From Spirochaetia bacterium (GTDB taxonomy: Bacteria > Spirochaetota > Spirochaetia > UBA9216), in assembly GCA_963677925.2 (NCBI GenBank), contig CAXXYH010000004.1, positions 448,001-512,000 on the forward strand: a stretch of 64,000 nucleotides of DNA. The letters run 5' to 3'. Below, piece by piece: positions 30,545 through 39,692 of this stretch (positions within the stretch are counted from its first letter, which is position 1; each line of letters opens with the position of its first letter). The notes under the pieces are model-generated. The model saw only the letters and a program-made list of their open reading frames with translations. It had not been told where the DNA came from and searched no databases. Made by a program: the position numbers and the translations under genes.

Positions 30545-32659
30545 CTAATCCGCGCAACCTTCTGAACCTGTAACGAATTCGCTGAATTTATCGTTCAGAT
30601 CATTAATTATTGAATCAAGGTCCACTGTTATATTCTGAAGTTCTTCCATTGCCTCAACCACACCTGAAGCCTGTTTGAATATATTATTCATTCCGCCTTC
30701 AACCTCGGTTGAGTTGTCTTTTATCAAAAGAAGCGCCTTGTTCGATGTTTCAATACCGCGATGCATATCGGCAGAGCTTGTGCTGACCTCTCCGGTAACG
30801 TCGTTGATTTGTTCGGTTGACTCCATTATCTGAGTTCCGCCGATAGTCAGTTCAGAGACGGCACTTTCAATTTCCAGGAAGGCATTGACTGTTGATTCCA
30901 CTTCATTTGAGATAGAGTCGAATGTTTTAAGGGTATGACTCATGTTCTCAGAAGTATTTCTAATGCCGCTTGTTATCTCTTTTATAAGTGAACTGATTGA
31001 ACTTGACGACGCTCCTGCTGTTTCGGCCAGTTTTCTGATTTCTTCAGCTACTACTGCGAAACCTCTTCCTGACTCACCGGCATGTGCAGCCTCAATTGCC
31101 GCATTCATTGAAAGCAGGTTAGTCTGGGATGCTATGTTGTTGATGGTCTCGGTCATTTCCTGAATATTTGAGATTTTTTCAACAACAGCAGAGAAGACTG
31201 ATGATGTGTTGTCGATCTGAAGCTTACCTTCTTCTGCAATTTTTTTAAGCGAGCCGGTTGAATCTTTCTTAACACGGGTAATGTTTCCGACGTTATTCAG
31301 TGACGCGATCATCTGGGTTATTGCTGCCGATGATTCTTCCACCAGAGAGCTCTGGTTTGAAATTACCTTGTCAAATGATTCGGTATTTGTTGTAATCTGG
31401 GTCATTGCAGATGCGTTATCATTGATTCTTGTGTTCATCTCGGTAAGCCTGAACTCTACATTACGTATACTTTCATTTATATTCTGAATTGATGCTGCCG
31501 CAGATTCTGTTCGGGTGATGATCTTGTCTTTTATAACATCAGTCTGGGCTACAGCGTTCTGGATTTCAGAAACAAGTTCACACTGTTTTTCCATGAATAT
31601 ATTGAAGTTACGTGCAACATCTCCAACCTCATCCTTACTGTTAATATCAAGCCGTTTTGTAAGATCAGCTTTACCCTCTGCAATGTTTTTTAATGATATA
31701 TTTACTTTCCGCAGAGGTGATATGATTCTGTTTATCAGAAGCGCTGTAATGGTCAGCAGGATAATAAGGGCAATAACTGAAGTAACAATAAACGACGTAA
31801 GAATAGGTTGAAGCCGGTTTTTATACACAGAGGTTGGAACCGCCGCCACCAGGAGCCCTGCCGCTGTTTTTCGAAAAGAAGTGAATATTTCATTTTCCTT
31901 CCATATATAAGTAAAGCTTCCTTCTCCCATCTCAAAGATCTTCATTGCAAAATCAAGGGTGGTCATGTCGTAGCCAATCAGATCTGTATTTACATGGTGT
32001 GTGCAGAGCCTGGTTTCCGGGTCAAGGATGTAGGCGTAGCCGCCTTCAGTGTATTTATAATTAGAGATAATCTTCTGAAGGTCCGATGCATCAAGTACTG
32101 TCTGCAGCTCTTCCGGTTTCACTCCTATCTGGATAAAACCCTTACCGCCTTCACGGGCAACACCAATATACTGAAAAAGAACATTATCGATGGCCCTTCT
32201 CTGGGGTTCCTGTGCTATTTCAAGGTCCGGATCCTGCAGCAGCCTCATAAAGGGGCGGCTCTGATCTCCGGAATTAAAATCGAACCCATAGAATCCCGGG
32301 GTTGTTCCGGCATAAAGTATTCCGTTTGAATCGGCAACATGTATTTCTTCGATTCCGACCTGCTCTGCCAGTTTCATCATGGCAGCGGTTCCGGGTGTTT
32401 CCGGAACGGCATCAATATAGCGGGATACACTTCGGGCTATTCTTATGAAATTCCGGTCCATTGATTCTTTCATTATGTCTGTAATGTTAAGCATTGTATT
32501 TTCCTGGAACTCAATATCGTCCAGGGTACCAAGTGTTGAAACCTCCATAACATTGTCTATCTCGTCGGATATGTTGGTATACCCGATAAAAGATATGATT
32601 GCTTCGGCCGCTAACAGGATTACGGCGATGGGCAAAATGAGTTTGTAAATAATTTTCAC
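30545..32659 (-). CDS. Methyl-accepting chemotaxis protein (Cache sensor, HAMP)
   Basis: Two TM segments, HAMP ([11 protein letters not shown]), [34 protein letters not shown]; GTG start after GGAGG. Confidence 0.95.
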   Translation of the reverse strand: MKIIYKLILPIAVILLAAEAIISFIGYTNISDEIDNVMEVSTLGTLDDIEFQENTMLNITDIMKESMDRNFIRIARSVSRYIDAVPETPGTAAMMKLAEQVGIEEIHVADSNGILYAGTTPGFYGFDFNSGDQSRPFMRLLQDPDLEIAQEPQRRAIDNVLFQYIGVAREGGKGFIQIGVKPEELQTVLDASDLQKIISNYKYTEGGYAYILDPETRLCTHHVNTDLIGYDMTTLDFAMKIFEMGEGSFTYIWKENEIFTSFRKTAAGLLVAAVPTSVYKNRLQPILTSFIVTSVIALIILLTITALLINRIISPLRKVNISLKNIAEGKADLTKRLDINSKDEVGDVARNFNIFMEKQCELVSEIQNAVAQTDVIKDKIITRTESAAASIQNINESIRNVEFRLTEMNTRINDNASAMTQITTNTESFDKVISNQSSLVEESSAAITQMIASLNNVGNITRVKKDSTGSLKKIAEEGKLQIDNTSSVFSAVVEKISNIQEMTETINNIASQTNLLSMNAAIEAAHAGESGRGFAVVAEEIRKLAETAGASSSSISSLIKEITSGIRNTSENMSHTLKTFDSISNEVESTVNAFLEIESAVSELTIGGTQIMESTEQINDVTGEVSTSSADMHRGIETSNKALLLIKDNSTEVEGGMNNIFKQASGVVEAMEELQNITVDLDSIINDLNDKFSEFVTGSEGCAD

Positions 32660-32741
32660 GCAATCTCCTCCTGTTTCTTATATCGACTTCAGGCTAGTGC
32701 AGGTTTATTTTTTTCAGCGTGAAATATACAACTGCCTTATA

Positions 32742-32770
32742 TTGACAATCGTGAAACTGTAGAGTAACAT
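32742..32770 (+). promoter_or_regulatory. sigma70-type promoter of tRNA-Leu
   Basis: TTGACA-N17-TAACAT. Confidence 0.6.
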
Positions 32771-32782
32771 GTCATCCACAAT

Positions 32783-32866
32783 GCCCAGGTGGTGAAATTG
32801 GTAGACACGCTAGGTTCAGGGTCTAGTGTCCGTGCGGACATGCTGGTTCGAGTCCAGTTCTGGGCA
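32783..32866 (+). tRNA. tRNA-Leu (CAG)
   Basis: Acceptor GCCCAGG/TCTGGGC-A, D-loop TTGGTAGA, anticodon arm CTAGG-TTCAGGG-TCTAG, long variable arm, GGTTCGAGTCC; CCA not encoded. Confidence 0.96.
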
Positions 32867-32868
32867 GC

Positions 32869-32900
32869 TAACTCCTTACTTTGTAAGGAGTTATTTTTTT
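32869..32900 (+). terminator. Terminator hairpin after tRNA-Leu
   Basis: taactccttac-ttt-gtaaggagtta followed by T7. Confidence 0.8.
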
Positions 32901-32939
32901 ATAAAATCAGTATTCTTTTAAAAGCTGATTTTTATGTAA

Positions 32940-32960
32940 AAAAGTGCCTGAAAAGTGCCT
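32940..32960 (+). repeat. Tandem direct repeat AAAAGTGCCT x2 (candidate integrase arm-type sites)
   Basis: aaaagtgcct-g-aaaagtgcct between the tRNA and the integrase. Confidence 0.55.
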
Positions 32961-33019
32961 CAAATTCAAAACTTCAAAATTCCTACTAATTATACATATG
33001 CAAATGATTAGGAGGAAAC

Positions 33020-34159
33020 ATGAAAAGTCCATATTGTTTAAAAAAAAGAAAGCCTCAGAATGTCTGGTATTACAAACTGCAGTATGAAGATACCTATCAT
33101 TCAACCGGAGAAAAAACGAAAGCTGGAGCTGATAAATATGTCATATCCATACTCACGGGAGAAAGATCTCAACGTGTGAATGTAACTGTAAATGAGTTTA
33201 CAAAATCGTTTTTTATCCGGGGAGAGTGTTCATGGATAGAAAATAAGGAATTAAAAGGCAAGACAATTACACCTGAAATGGAAAAGATGAGACGTGGACA
33301 TCTTTTAAATCACTTTCAACCTAAATTCGGAAAACGTAAGATTGAATCAATTACTTCATTTGAAATCGAACAATGGTTAATCAAGCTTGATTTGAGTAAT
33401 ATTACGAAGAATCACATTCTGGATACTGTAAAGATTGTCTGGGCTGAAGCAAAGAAGAGAGGAGAAATAAAAGATAATATAGTTGCAGAATTGGAAAAAT
33501 TCAGCAAGCAAACTGTTGAACGTGATCCCTTCAGTAAAGAAGAGCTGCATTTACTATTTCCAGAAAATCAAAAAGAACTAATTCGTATCTGGGGTAATGA
33601 AATGTTTGCCGGATTATTCTTACTTCTTGCTACTACAGGTTTGAGATTGGGAGAGGCTCTTGCTTTGACATGGAAAGACATAATCTATGAAAAGACATCT
33701 ACGAAATATGTTTTGGATGTGAATAAATCAGTTAAAAATGATAGAAGAATTGGAAATACCAAGAATGGAGAAAACAGAATAGCTTTTATTCTCCCTCAAC
33801 TGTATTCAATACTAGAAGAATGGAAAAAGAAAACGGATTTTAATTCAGAAGAAGATTTTATTTTTCCCAACTATGAAAACAAACCGCTTCAAAGAAAAAG
33901 ATGTCTTGTGATATTCCGTAAGGCTTTGGAACAGACAGAAATTGGTACAGAAAAGAATCTTGTACCTCATAGTTTCAGGCATACTTTTAATACCATGTAT
34001 CGTAATGTGCTTGAAGATGAAGTTCTGAGAAAATTTACAGGGCATTCAGATCAGAAAATGACCGATCATTATGATCATCAAACGGCCGAATCCACGGCTA
34101 TGTTTCTTGCGAAATATGAAGATGATCTTGAGAAGGTCTGGAATAGCATATCCGCATAA
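33020..34159 (+). CDS. Tyrosine recombinase/integrase
   Basis: TGLRLGE (R), TKNG (K), HSFRHT, TGHSD, TDHY catalytic residues; SAM-like core-binding region. Confidence 0.95.
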   Translation: MKSPYCLKKRKPQNVWYYKLQYEDTYHSTGEKTKAGADKYVISILTGERSQRVNVTVNEFTKSFFIRGECSWIENKELKGKTITPEMEKMRRGHLLNHFQPKFGKRKIESITSFEIEQWLIKLDLSNITKNHILDTVKIVWAEAKKRGEIKDNIVAELEKFSKQTVERDPFSKEELHLLFPENQKELIRIWGNEMFAGLFLLLATTGLRLGEALALTWKDIIYEKTSTKYVLDVNKSVKNDRRIGNTKNGENRIAFILPQLYSILEEWKKKTDFNSEEDFIFPNYENKPLQRKRCLVIFRKALEQTEIGTEKNLVPHSFRHTFNTMYRNVLEDEVLRKFTGHSDQKMTDHYDHQTAESTAMFLAKYEDDLEKVWNSISA

Positions 34160-34167
34160 ATGTCTAA

Positions 34168-34195
34168 AGACGTACAGATTGTTTTCTGTACGTCT
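34168..34195. repeat. Perfect 11-bp inverted repeat between convergent int and rep
   Basis: agacgtacaga-ttgttt-tctgtacgtct. Confidence 0.7.
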
Positions 34196-34365
34196 GAGAT
34201 ATCATTATCTCTCTGTTATATATATACTCTTTTCTTAATTATTTTATAATCTACTAATTATGTATAAATATATGATAAATGCCATTATATAGTTATGTAA
34301 ATTACTATAAACCTAAAATATGTATTATATATTTGTTGTAAAACTAAAATCATAACCGATTATAA

Positions 34366-36327
34366 CTATTTATTATCCCAATTTATTTTGATCTTATTTG
34401 TTAAAATACCCTCAACTTTTTCTTCACCAACTACCTTCCCAAATAAAGATATGTACCTACCTGATAGATATTCAAATAGACCTTTTTTCATATTAAGCAG
34501 AGAATATAGGTTTGGATTTTTAGCAAATGCATATTGAGCAATAGCAGGAGTTCCACGTAATCTTACTTCAACCTTCAATGTATATTTTATATGTATTTTG
34601 TTTTCATTCTCTTTCTCTGCAGCATCATACATAACCATAGTTAGAGAATTATATTTGTTTGCATGATGGTTAATGTATGTTGACCCTTCAGTACCATCTT
34701 TCAAAGCATATGGACAGACCTTGTATTTGTTATGATTACTCTTTAAGTCCTTTAGCCTCTTTTCCTCAAAACCCTCTAATACCTTTAGTTGTTTAAGTAT
34801 TTCTTGCTTGAAAGCCTCTCTTTCCGCTTCGTTATTGAATTTGAAGGTATGCTGTAAATCAATTCTATGTATAAATATTTTCTTTATATTAACCCTGTAA
34901 TCAAAGAATTCTATTATTTTATTACGGATTAACTTTAGCATTTCATAATCATCGTATCGATTCTTCTTTAGAAAGTTCAAATCATAGAATTCAAAGAAGA
35001 ATGATTTATCTTTCTTAAATAAGCTTATCTGGTATGAGAATCCATCCTCAGTCTTTTTGCTGATAGCTTTAGGCTGATCTTCGCTATCAGTTTTATAGTT
35101 ACTGATTAGAGGTCTGAAAAATGGTAGATCCTTAAAAGCTATTTTGAATGTTATTGTGTCCATCATACTCATATTGATTTTATTCAATGTGAAATTACGG
35201 TTATCTTTTAGCTCTTTAAATTGTTTGTATGGCTGTAGTTTTTTTCTCTGATTAACAACGAGATCACAGACATCTTTGATATAGAATTTCCTTTCATCTT
35301 CACTGATAGGTGCTGTTTCATATAGGTGTAATTGCTTTTTTACATTAGAAACTGCAGTGAAAAATAAGTTCTTTTCCTCTTCATCTGCATAGAATAGATG
35401 CTTTATACCGTAGAAGAATAAAATATCGCATTCAGGTAATTTATGGATTGTGCAGATTTCTATTCTTTCAATCACCTTTTCCGGAAAAAACAGTTTAATA
35501 AGTTCATAGTCCGATTTATGACGCCCGACTAAACATAATTTATAGGTTGAAGGTATGAGTTTGACTTTCTTGACAATATCTTTTGCAACATGCAATGGCC
35601 CCTGTAAGAAGCTTACTTTTGGTTTATCCCCATTGTCAACAGTATCATCATAAAGTGACGAACTTGGGAATAATTGTCCTATGCAATGATTTAAGAATTT
35701 TATTATTCGTCCATCAGCTCTGTCATTTTTAGTCAGTTCCTCTCTGCTATATGATTCTGCGATATATTCTTCTCTAATCTTATCAAAATTATCTTCTATT
35801 ACAATTTTCCGTTTAATAGTATTAAGGAATCCGTATATTGCTGATAAAGTGCAGCCCGTTATAATTAGATCAGTCGTTTTTCTTATTGGAAGTATATGGA
35901 CAATTTCTTTCTGAAAAATAGTGAAATTTTGATATTCATTAAGGATTATTATATCAATATCCCCGATATACTTTCTTCTTTCAAAATCAGTTAATTTCTT
36001 ATATCCGGTATATAGCTTATCAAATGCTTCCGGGGGTAGATTCTCCTCTTCTTCTTCGAAATTATACTTATTTACAATATCAAGGAATTCTGGTGGTAAA
36101 AGATCATTTGTTTTTAACCCATGATAGCACAAACTTGTAACTGTATGACAAAGCACTTCGTTCGGTAATTCGTTAATCGCTTTCGTTCTTGAAGCCTTTT
36201 TAAAACTTAGATGAAGTATATTGAGATTAGAAGTCTCCTGTAATCTATTACTGATGATCTCAAATATTTGCCAATTTATTCCGGTTCCATTTTTTCCATG
36301 AACTTCTAATAGGTTTCTAACTATCAT
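34366..36327 (-). CDS. Degenerate UvrD/SF1 helicase-like domain fused to putative rolling-circle (Rep_trans-like) initiator domain
   Basis: SF1 motifs are recognisable in order but mutated; C-terminus carries RIDL / TY / YD / KVEVRLR. Start is probably ATG 36327, after a G-run RBS. Confidence 0.6.
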   Translation of the reverse strand: MIVRNLLEVHGKNGTGINWQIFEIISNRLQETSNLNILHLSFKKASRTKAINELPNEVLCHTVTSLCYHGLKTNDLLPPEFLDIVNKYNFEEEEENLPPEAFDKLYTGYKKLTDFERRKYIGDIDIIILNEYQNFTIFQKEIVHILPIRKTTDLIITGCTLSAIYGFLNTIKRKIVIEDNFDKIREEYIAESYSREELTKNDRADGRIIKFLNHCIGQLFPSSSLYDDTVDNGDKPKVSFLQGPLHVAKDIVKKVKLIPSTYKLCLVGRHKSDYELIKLFFPEKVIERIEICTIHKLPECDILFFYGIKHLFYADEEEKNLFFTAVSNVKKQLHLYETAPISEDERKFYIKDVCDLVVNQRKKLQPYKQFKELKDNRNFTLNKINMSMMDTITFKIAFKDLPFFRPLISNYKTDSEDQPKAISKKTEDGFSYQISLFKKDKSFFFEFYDLNFLKKNRYDDYEMLKLIRNKIIEFFDYRVNIKKIFIHRIDLQHTFKFNNEAEREAFKQEILKQLKVLEGFEEKRLKDLKSNHNKYKVCPYALKDGTEGSTYINHHANKYNSLTMVMYDAAEKENENKIHIKYTLKVEVRLRGTPAIAQYAFAKNPNLYSLLNMKKGLFEYLSGRYISLFGKVVGEEKVEGILTNKIKINWDNK

Positions 36328-36592
36328 AAGACCCCCCGTTTTGAAGGTCCTCATCTGTCTGTAACAACCAATTTAATACTGTATCTCGTCTCCACCTTTT
36401 ATTTCGACCACCAATATTGCCATCGCTTTTTCCGTTATTAGGTTGGAGATATGTACGATTACAAGCTGTTTTGTAACATATTCCCTTGGCTTCACAAGCC
36501 TCTTTAAGCGATAACCAAGCTTTTTTGGGCAGGATGTCTGCTAAAAAGCCATTTTCATTGTTTTGTTCATTTTGATTTTTAATTTTTTCCAT
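36317..36592 (-). CDS. Excisionase/AlpA-like HTH DNA-binding protein
   Basis: WLSLKEACEAKGICYKT...KRWRRDTVLNWL; coupled to the rep gene. Confidence 0.7.
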   Translation of the reverse strand: MEKIKNQNEQNNENGFLADILPKKAWLSLKEACEAKGICYKTACNRTYLQPNNGKSDGNIGGRNKRWRRDTVLNWLLQTDEDLQNGGSYDS

Positions 36593-36750
36593 TTATAGCC
36601 TCTTTATGTTTTTGATATTTAATTAGTAAAGGTTCATGAGTGGTCTGGAGTTGATTGGCATTTAGGGGCATATGAGTGAATAGGAAAATATTTAATTATT
36701 CTGTAAGGAAATAATCTCAAATAATGAAAAGATTGCTTGATCAATTTCCA

Positions 36751-36777
36751 TTCATGTCCCCATAATGGGGATATGAA
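36751..36777. promoter_or_regulatory. 27-bp near-perfect palindrome covering RBS and ATG
   Basis: ttcatgtccccat-a-atggggatatgaa (1 mismatch). Confidence 0.55.
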
Positions 36778-37594
36778 AAAATCATATAAAATTAAGGATA
36801 AGAGAGAATCTGGAATTTATCTATATGAGCGCTTGTATGAATATGACCCAGAAACTAAAAGGACTAAGCATGGAAAGAAGAGATACATTGGGAAGCTTGA
36901 TGAGAACGGTGAGATTATCAAGAAAGATACTTTGTTAAGTGTTCGGAAGTATCGATTTAATGATTTCATAGGTATAGACGAGAAATTTCCATTGTTAGAT
37001 AAAATACTTTTAAATATTGATATTGATATGACCCATATATCATCAAGTCATCCTATACCCGATAGTACAGTTTATGACTATGTTCTGGAACAACCCTCAA
37101 AAGTAGGGAAATACTATATCGCTATTCATTGGGATAATGGTTTTAAGAATTTTACGATTTCTGCAACTGAAGTTTATAAAGCATCTAATGCGACAGTAAC
37201 CATCAAGAATTCTACAAGACAGAATACTCCAACCAAAAAATTATGGTATATTAAGAATTTTAATAGTTCTTCAATAGAAGATATTTTTAATCGAACGGAT
37301 AATCACAGATTAGGTAGTAATGGACTATTAAAAGCTCCCTATGCAAAAGACACTGATATTCAAGAAATCGGTAAAATGTATAAACTATTATTGTTTCTTG
37401 TAGAATCATTTAAACTGAAAACGCAATGTGCAGAAGTTGGTTTCAGAGAAGCCCTTGATGAACTTTCCATCTTTCTCTGGTATTATCTAAAAAATCATCA
37501 AATAGATTCCTTATTTGATGATATTAGTTATATTTCTAATTGTTGTATCTGTATTTTCCCCGAAAGAGAAGAGATAAGGAAAATGCAGTATTAA
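36773..37594 (+). CDS. Hypothetical protein with transposase-like N-terminal DNA-binding segment
   Basis: YLYERLYEYDPETKRTKHGKKRYIGKLD resembles the N-termini of some IS transposases; the rest is unrecognised and no DDE core is seen. Confidence 0.55.
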   Translation: MKKSYKIKDKRESGIYLYERLYEYDPETKRTKHGKKRYIGKLDENGEIIKKDTLLSVRKYRFNDFIGIDEKFPLLDKILLNIDIDMTHISSSHPIPDSTVYDYVLEQPSKVGKYYIAIHWDNGFKNFTISATEVYKASNATVTIKNSTRQNTPTKKLWYIKNFNSSSIEDIFNRTDNHRLGSNGLLKAPYAKDTDIQEIGKMYKLLLFLVESFKLKTQCAEVGFREALDELSIFLWYYLKNHQIDSLFDDISYISNCCICIFPEREEIRKMQY

Positions 37595-37650
37595 ATTGAT
37601 GAATTAAAAAAGCTTGTGAAGATATTCTCAATACTAATTGTGTTTAATTA

Positions 37651-37989
37651 TTATTTTGCTGCAAGAATACTAACACTCCAGCCTTTTTTGTCTGCAACAT
37701 TAAGTTTATAATGGGATCCATCTTTTAGGTAGACTTTAAGGCATTTTAATATTGGTAATATCATTAATAACATTGAGTAATGGCCTATAGTAACATCCGC
37801 AATATTTGATATTGGTATTTCAAGTGTTTTTCTTTTAACATGATTCTCATGAATTATTCTCTGATTAGTAAGGTATAGATGACCTCCTTTAGCTCCAGTG
37901 ATAAACTTGATAGGACCTCCTCCACTACGACGAATCAGTTCTTCATTTTCATTTAATTTGGTTTTTGGAAGTTTGATTTTTGTGTTCAT
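37651..37989 (-). CDS. GRAM/PH-like domain protein
   Basis: GGHLYLTNQRIIH..TLEIPISNIADV; GGAG RBS. Confidence 0.7.
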   Translation of the reverse strand: MNTKIKLPKTKLNENEELIRRSGGGPIKFITGAKGGHLYLTNQRIIHENHVKRKTLEIPISNIADVTIGHYSMLLMILPILKCLKVYLKDGSHYKLNVADKKGWSVSILAAK

Positions 37990-38007
37990 TTTTGATCTCC
38001 ATTAATA

Positions 38008-38060
38008 GCTGCAAATATGCAGCAATTAAATAATATAATAATCTGCTGCATATTTCAAGC
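38008..38060. promoter_or_regulatory. Paired operator-like boxes flanking a TATAAT in the divergent GRAM/XRE spacer
   Basis: GCTGCA-aata-TGCAGC palindrome (38008-38023), inverted near-copy TGCTGCATATTTcaAGC (38044-38060), TATAAT at 38034-38039. Confidence 0.6.
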
Positions 38061-38273
38061 ATGGATATAGGGAAAGCCATAGTTAGTATTCGAAAATCAA
38101 AAAAGATATCACAGAATAAAATAGCAACATTAACAAATCTAAATAGGGGTTATATCTATCGCTTAGAAAATGATCATATCAGTCCAAGTATAAATACATT
38201 AGAGATCATAGCTGAAGCAATGAATATTAAAGTTTCGGATATAATTATTTATGCTGAAACATGTAATGGATAA
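38061..38273 (+). CDS. XRE-family HTH regulator (controller C-protein-like)
   Basis: IGKAIVSIRKSKKISQNKIA..YIYRLEND..PSINTLEIIAEAM. Confidence 0.9.
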   Translation: MDIGKAIVSIRKSKKISQNKIATLTNLNRGYIYRLENDHISPSINTLEIIAEAMNIKVSDIIIYAETCNG

Positions 38274-38409
38274 ATATCAATTATTGCTGCTTTATTCACG
38301 TTTTTAAAACTTGAAATTGAATTCCAGAGAGATTAAATTATAAATATAGACGTGATTTGTTAACCGGATTGCAGGCGTCTTAAAATATAATGCTAAAAGG
38401 AACCTAATA

Positions 38410-38853
38410 ATGAATAATTCAAATAAAGAACGGCTTCCCTCATATGAATGTATGTTTTGTAAAAGAACATTGAAACAAGTCGGTGGCCAAAGAATTATCT
38501 CACAGCACAATTTGAAAATCTGCTTATCTAATAGATTTCTTGGAGGTGGTAATCCTGATAATTTTGATGTTTCAATAAAAATAGAAGAAGATTTGTACAT
38601 AAATTTTCGTGGTCCAAAAGATGAATGGAATAATAATATTAAAGAGTATATAAAAAAAGAATTTTTAAATGATCTACTACCATGGTTCTGTCAGGAGTGT
38701 GGGAAAAGAATGTGTCAAGATTGTGGCTCTCCGACTCAATATTTAGGTGGTTGTGATATTCTAAATGATAACGGTTCTTCTTCACATTCTGGAATATTTG
38801 GAATACCTTCGGGATGTATTAATCCTAAATGTAAGAAGCATCTTAAATCATGA
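38410..38853 (+). CDS. Cys-rich putative zinc-binding protein
   Basis: CMFC, CQEC, CQDC and C-x4-C motifs; AAAGGA RBS. Confidence 0.65.
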   Translation: MNNSNKERLPSYECMFCKRTLKQVGGQRIISQHNLKICLSNRFLGGGNPDNFDVSIKIEEDLYINFRGPKDEWNNNIKEYIKKEFLNDLLPWFCQECGKRMCQDCGSPTQYLGGCDILNDNGSSSHSGIFGIPSGCINPKCKKHLKS

Positions 38854-39466
38854 TATTTCAATGCAATTTTTAGATGAATAAGTGAGTAATATTCATCATT
38901 GTATATTAACTTTATACTTATTTCTTTTCTATTCTCATGCATTGAGGCGCCCTGAGGAGGGATTTCGTTTTGTTCAAAGGATTCAAACTTGGATTGATCC
39001 GAAGTAATTTCATTTAAAATTTCACGATCAATTATAAAAGAATTAAGAATAGCAATTCTCCGAATTTCCTTTACTGTGGTATTAATTTTATGGATTGCTG
39101 AAGCATAGGAGCGCCAATCACCATCTTCTATGCAAGAAATAAGTAATTGTGATTCCTCTTCAATCTCAATCGGCATTTTGAAAATAGTTTTATAGGCTTT
39201 ATAACTGTCATCAAAAACAACTGAAAACCGTCTCATCCTATCTTTTATAATATAGAAATATTGCCACATAAATTGCTCTGAGGGGATTAAATTTAAATTT
39301 CTGGAATTGTTTTTATACCGCATAACGGATTGAAGATGAACAACAAAATATCACTTATATTGTACTCCCATTTGAAAGCTGAGAGCTTGGACCGGATTCT
39401 TGTGATACTGTTGGATATGCCTTTTGGTGTTTTGGGGATGGTCATTTCCATCTTGTATTCATTCAT
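38736..39466 (-). pseudogene. Probable broken gene(s): 57-aa ORF 39293-39466 plus overlapping 195-aa frame 38736-39323
   Basis: AGGAG RBS before ATG 39466, but that frame stops after 57 codons. The second frame has no RBS and runs into the opposite-strand gene. Confidence 0.4.
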
Positions 39467-39692
39467 ATATGGCTCCTGTCTATGAAATGATGAAATTTTA
39501 CGTCATTACAGATTGAGGAGTAACCCTGGGTGTTCTACCAGTAGGATTGAATAGGAAAAAATTACCACATTCCAGCTTGTCATGAGGTGTAATGTAACTC
39601 TGAAAGATTTAATACATGACTTTTTGCTTATTTTACCCGATAATAGCAGCATAAACTGACAATTTTGGAAAAAGGATTCTGATAAAAATATA

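Noticed and set aside
32789-32989. 66-aa ORF in the track
   Set aside because: It overlaps tRNA-Leu and its terminator, so it is spurious.
36773-37594. Intact IS transposase
   Set aside because: Only the first ~50 aa resemble one; no DDE triad or terminal inverted repeats are seen.
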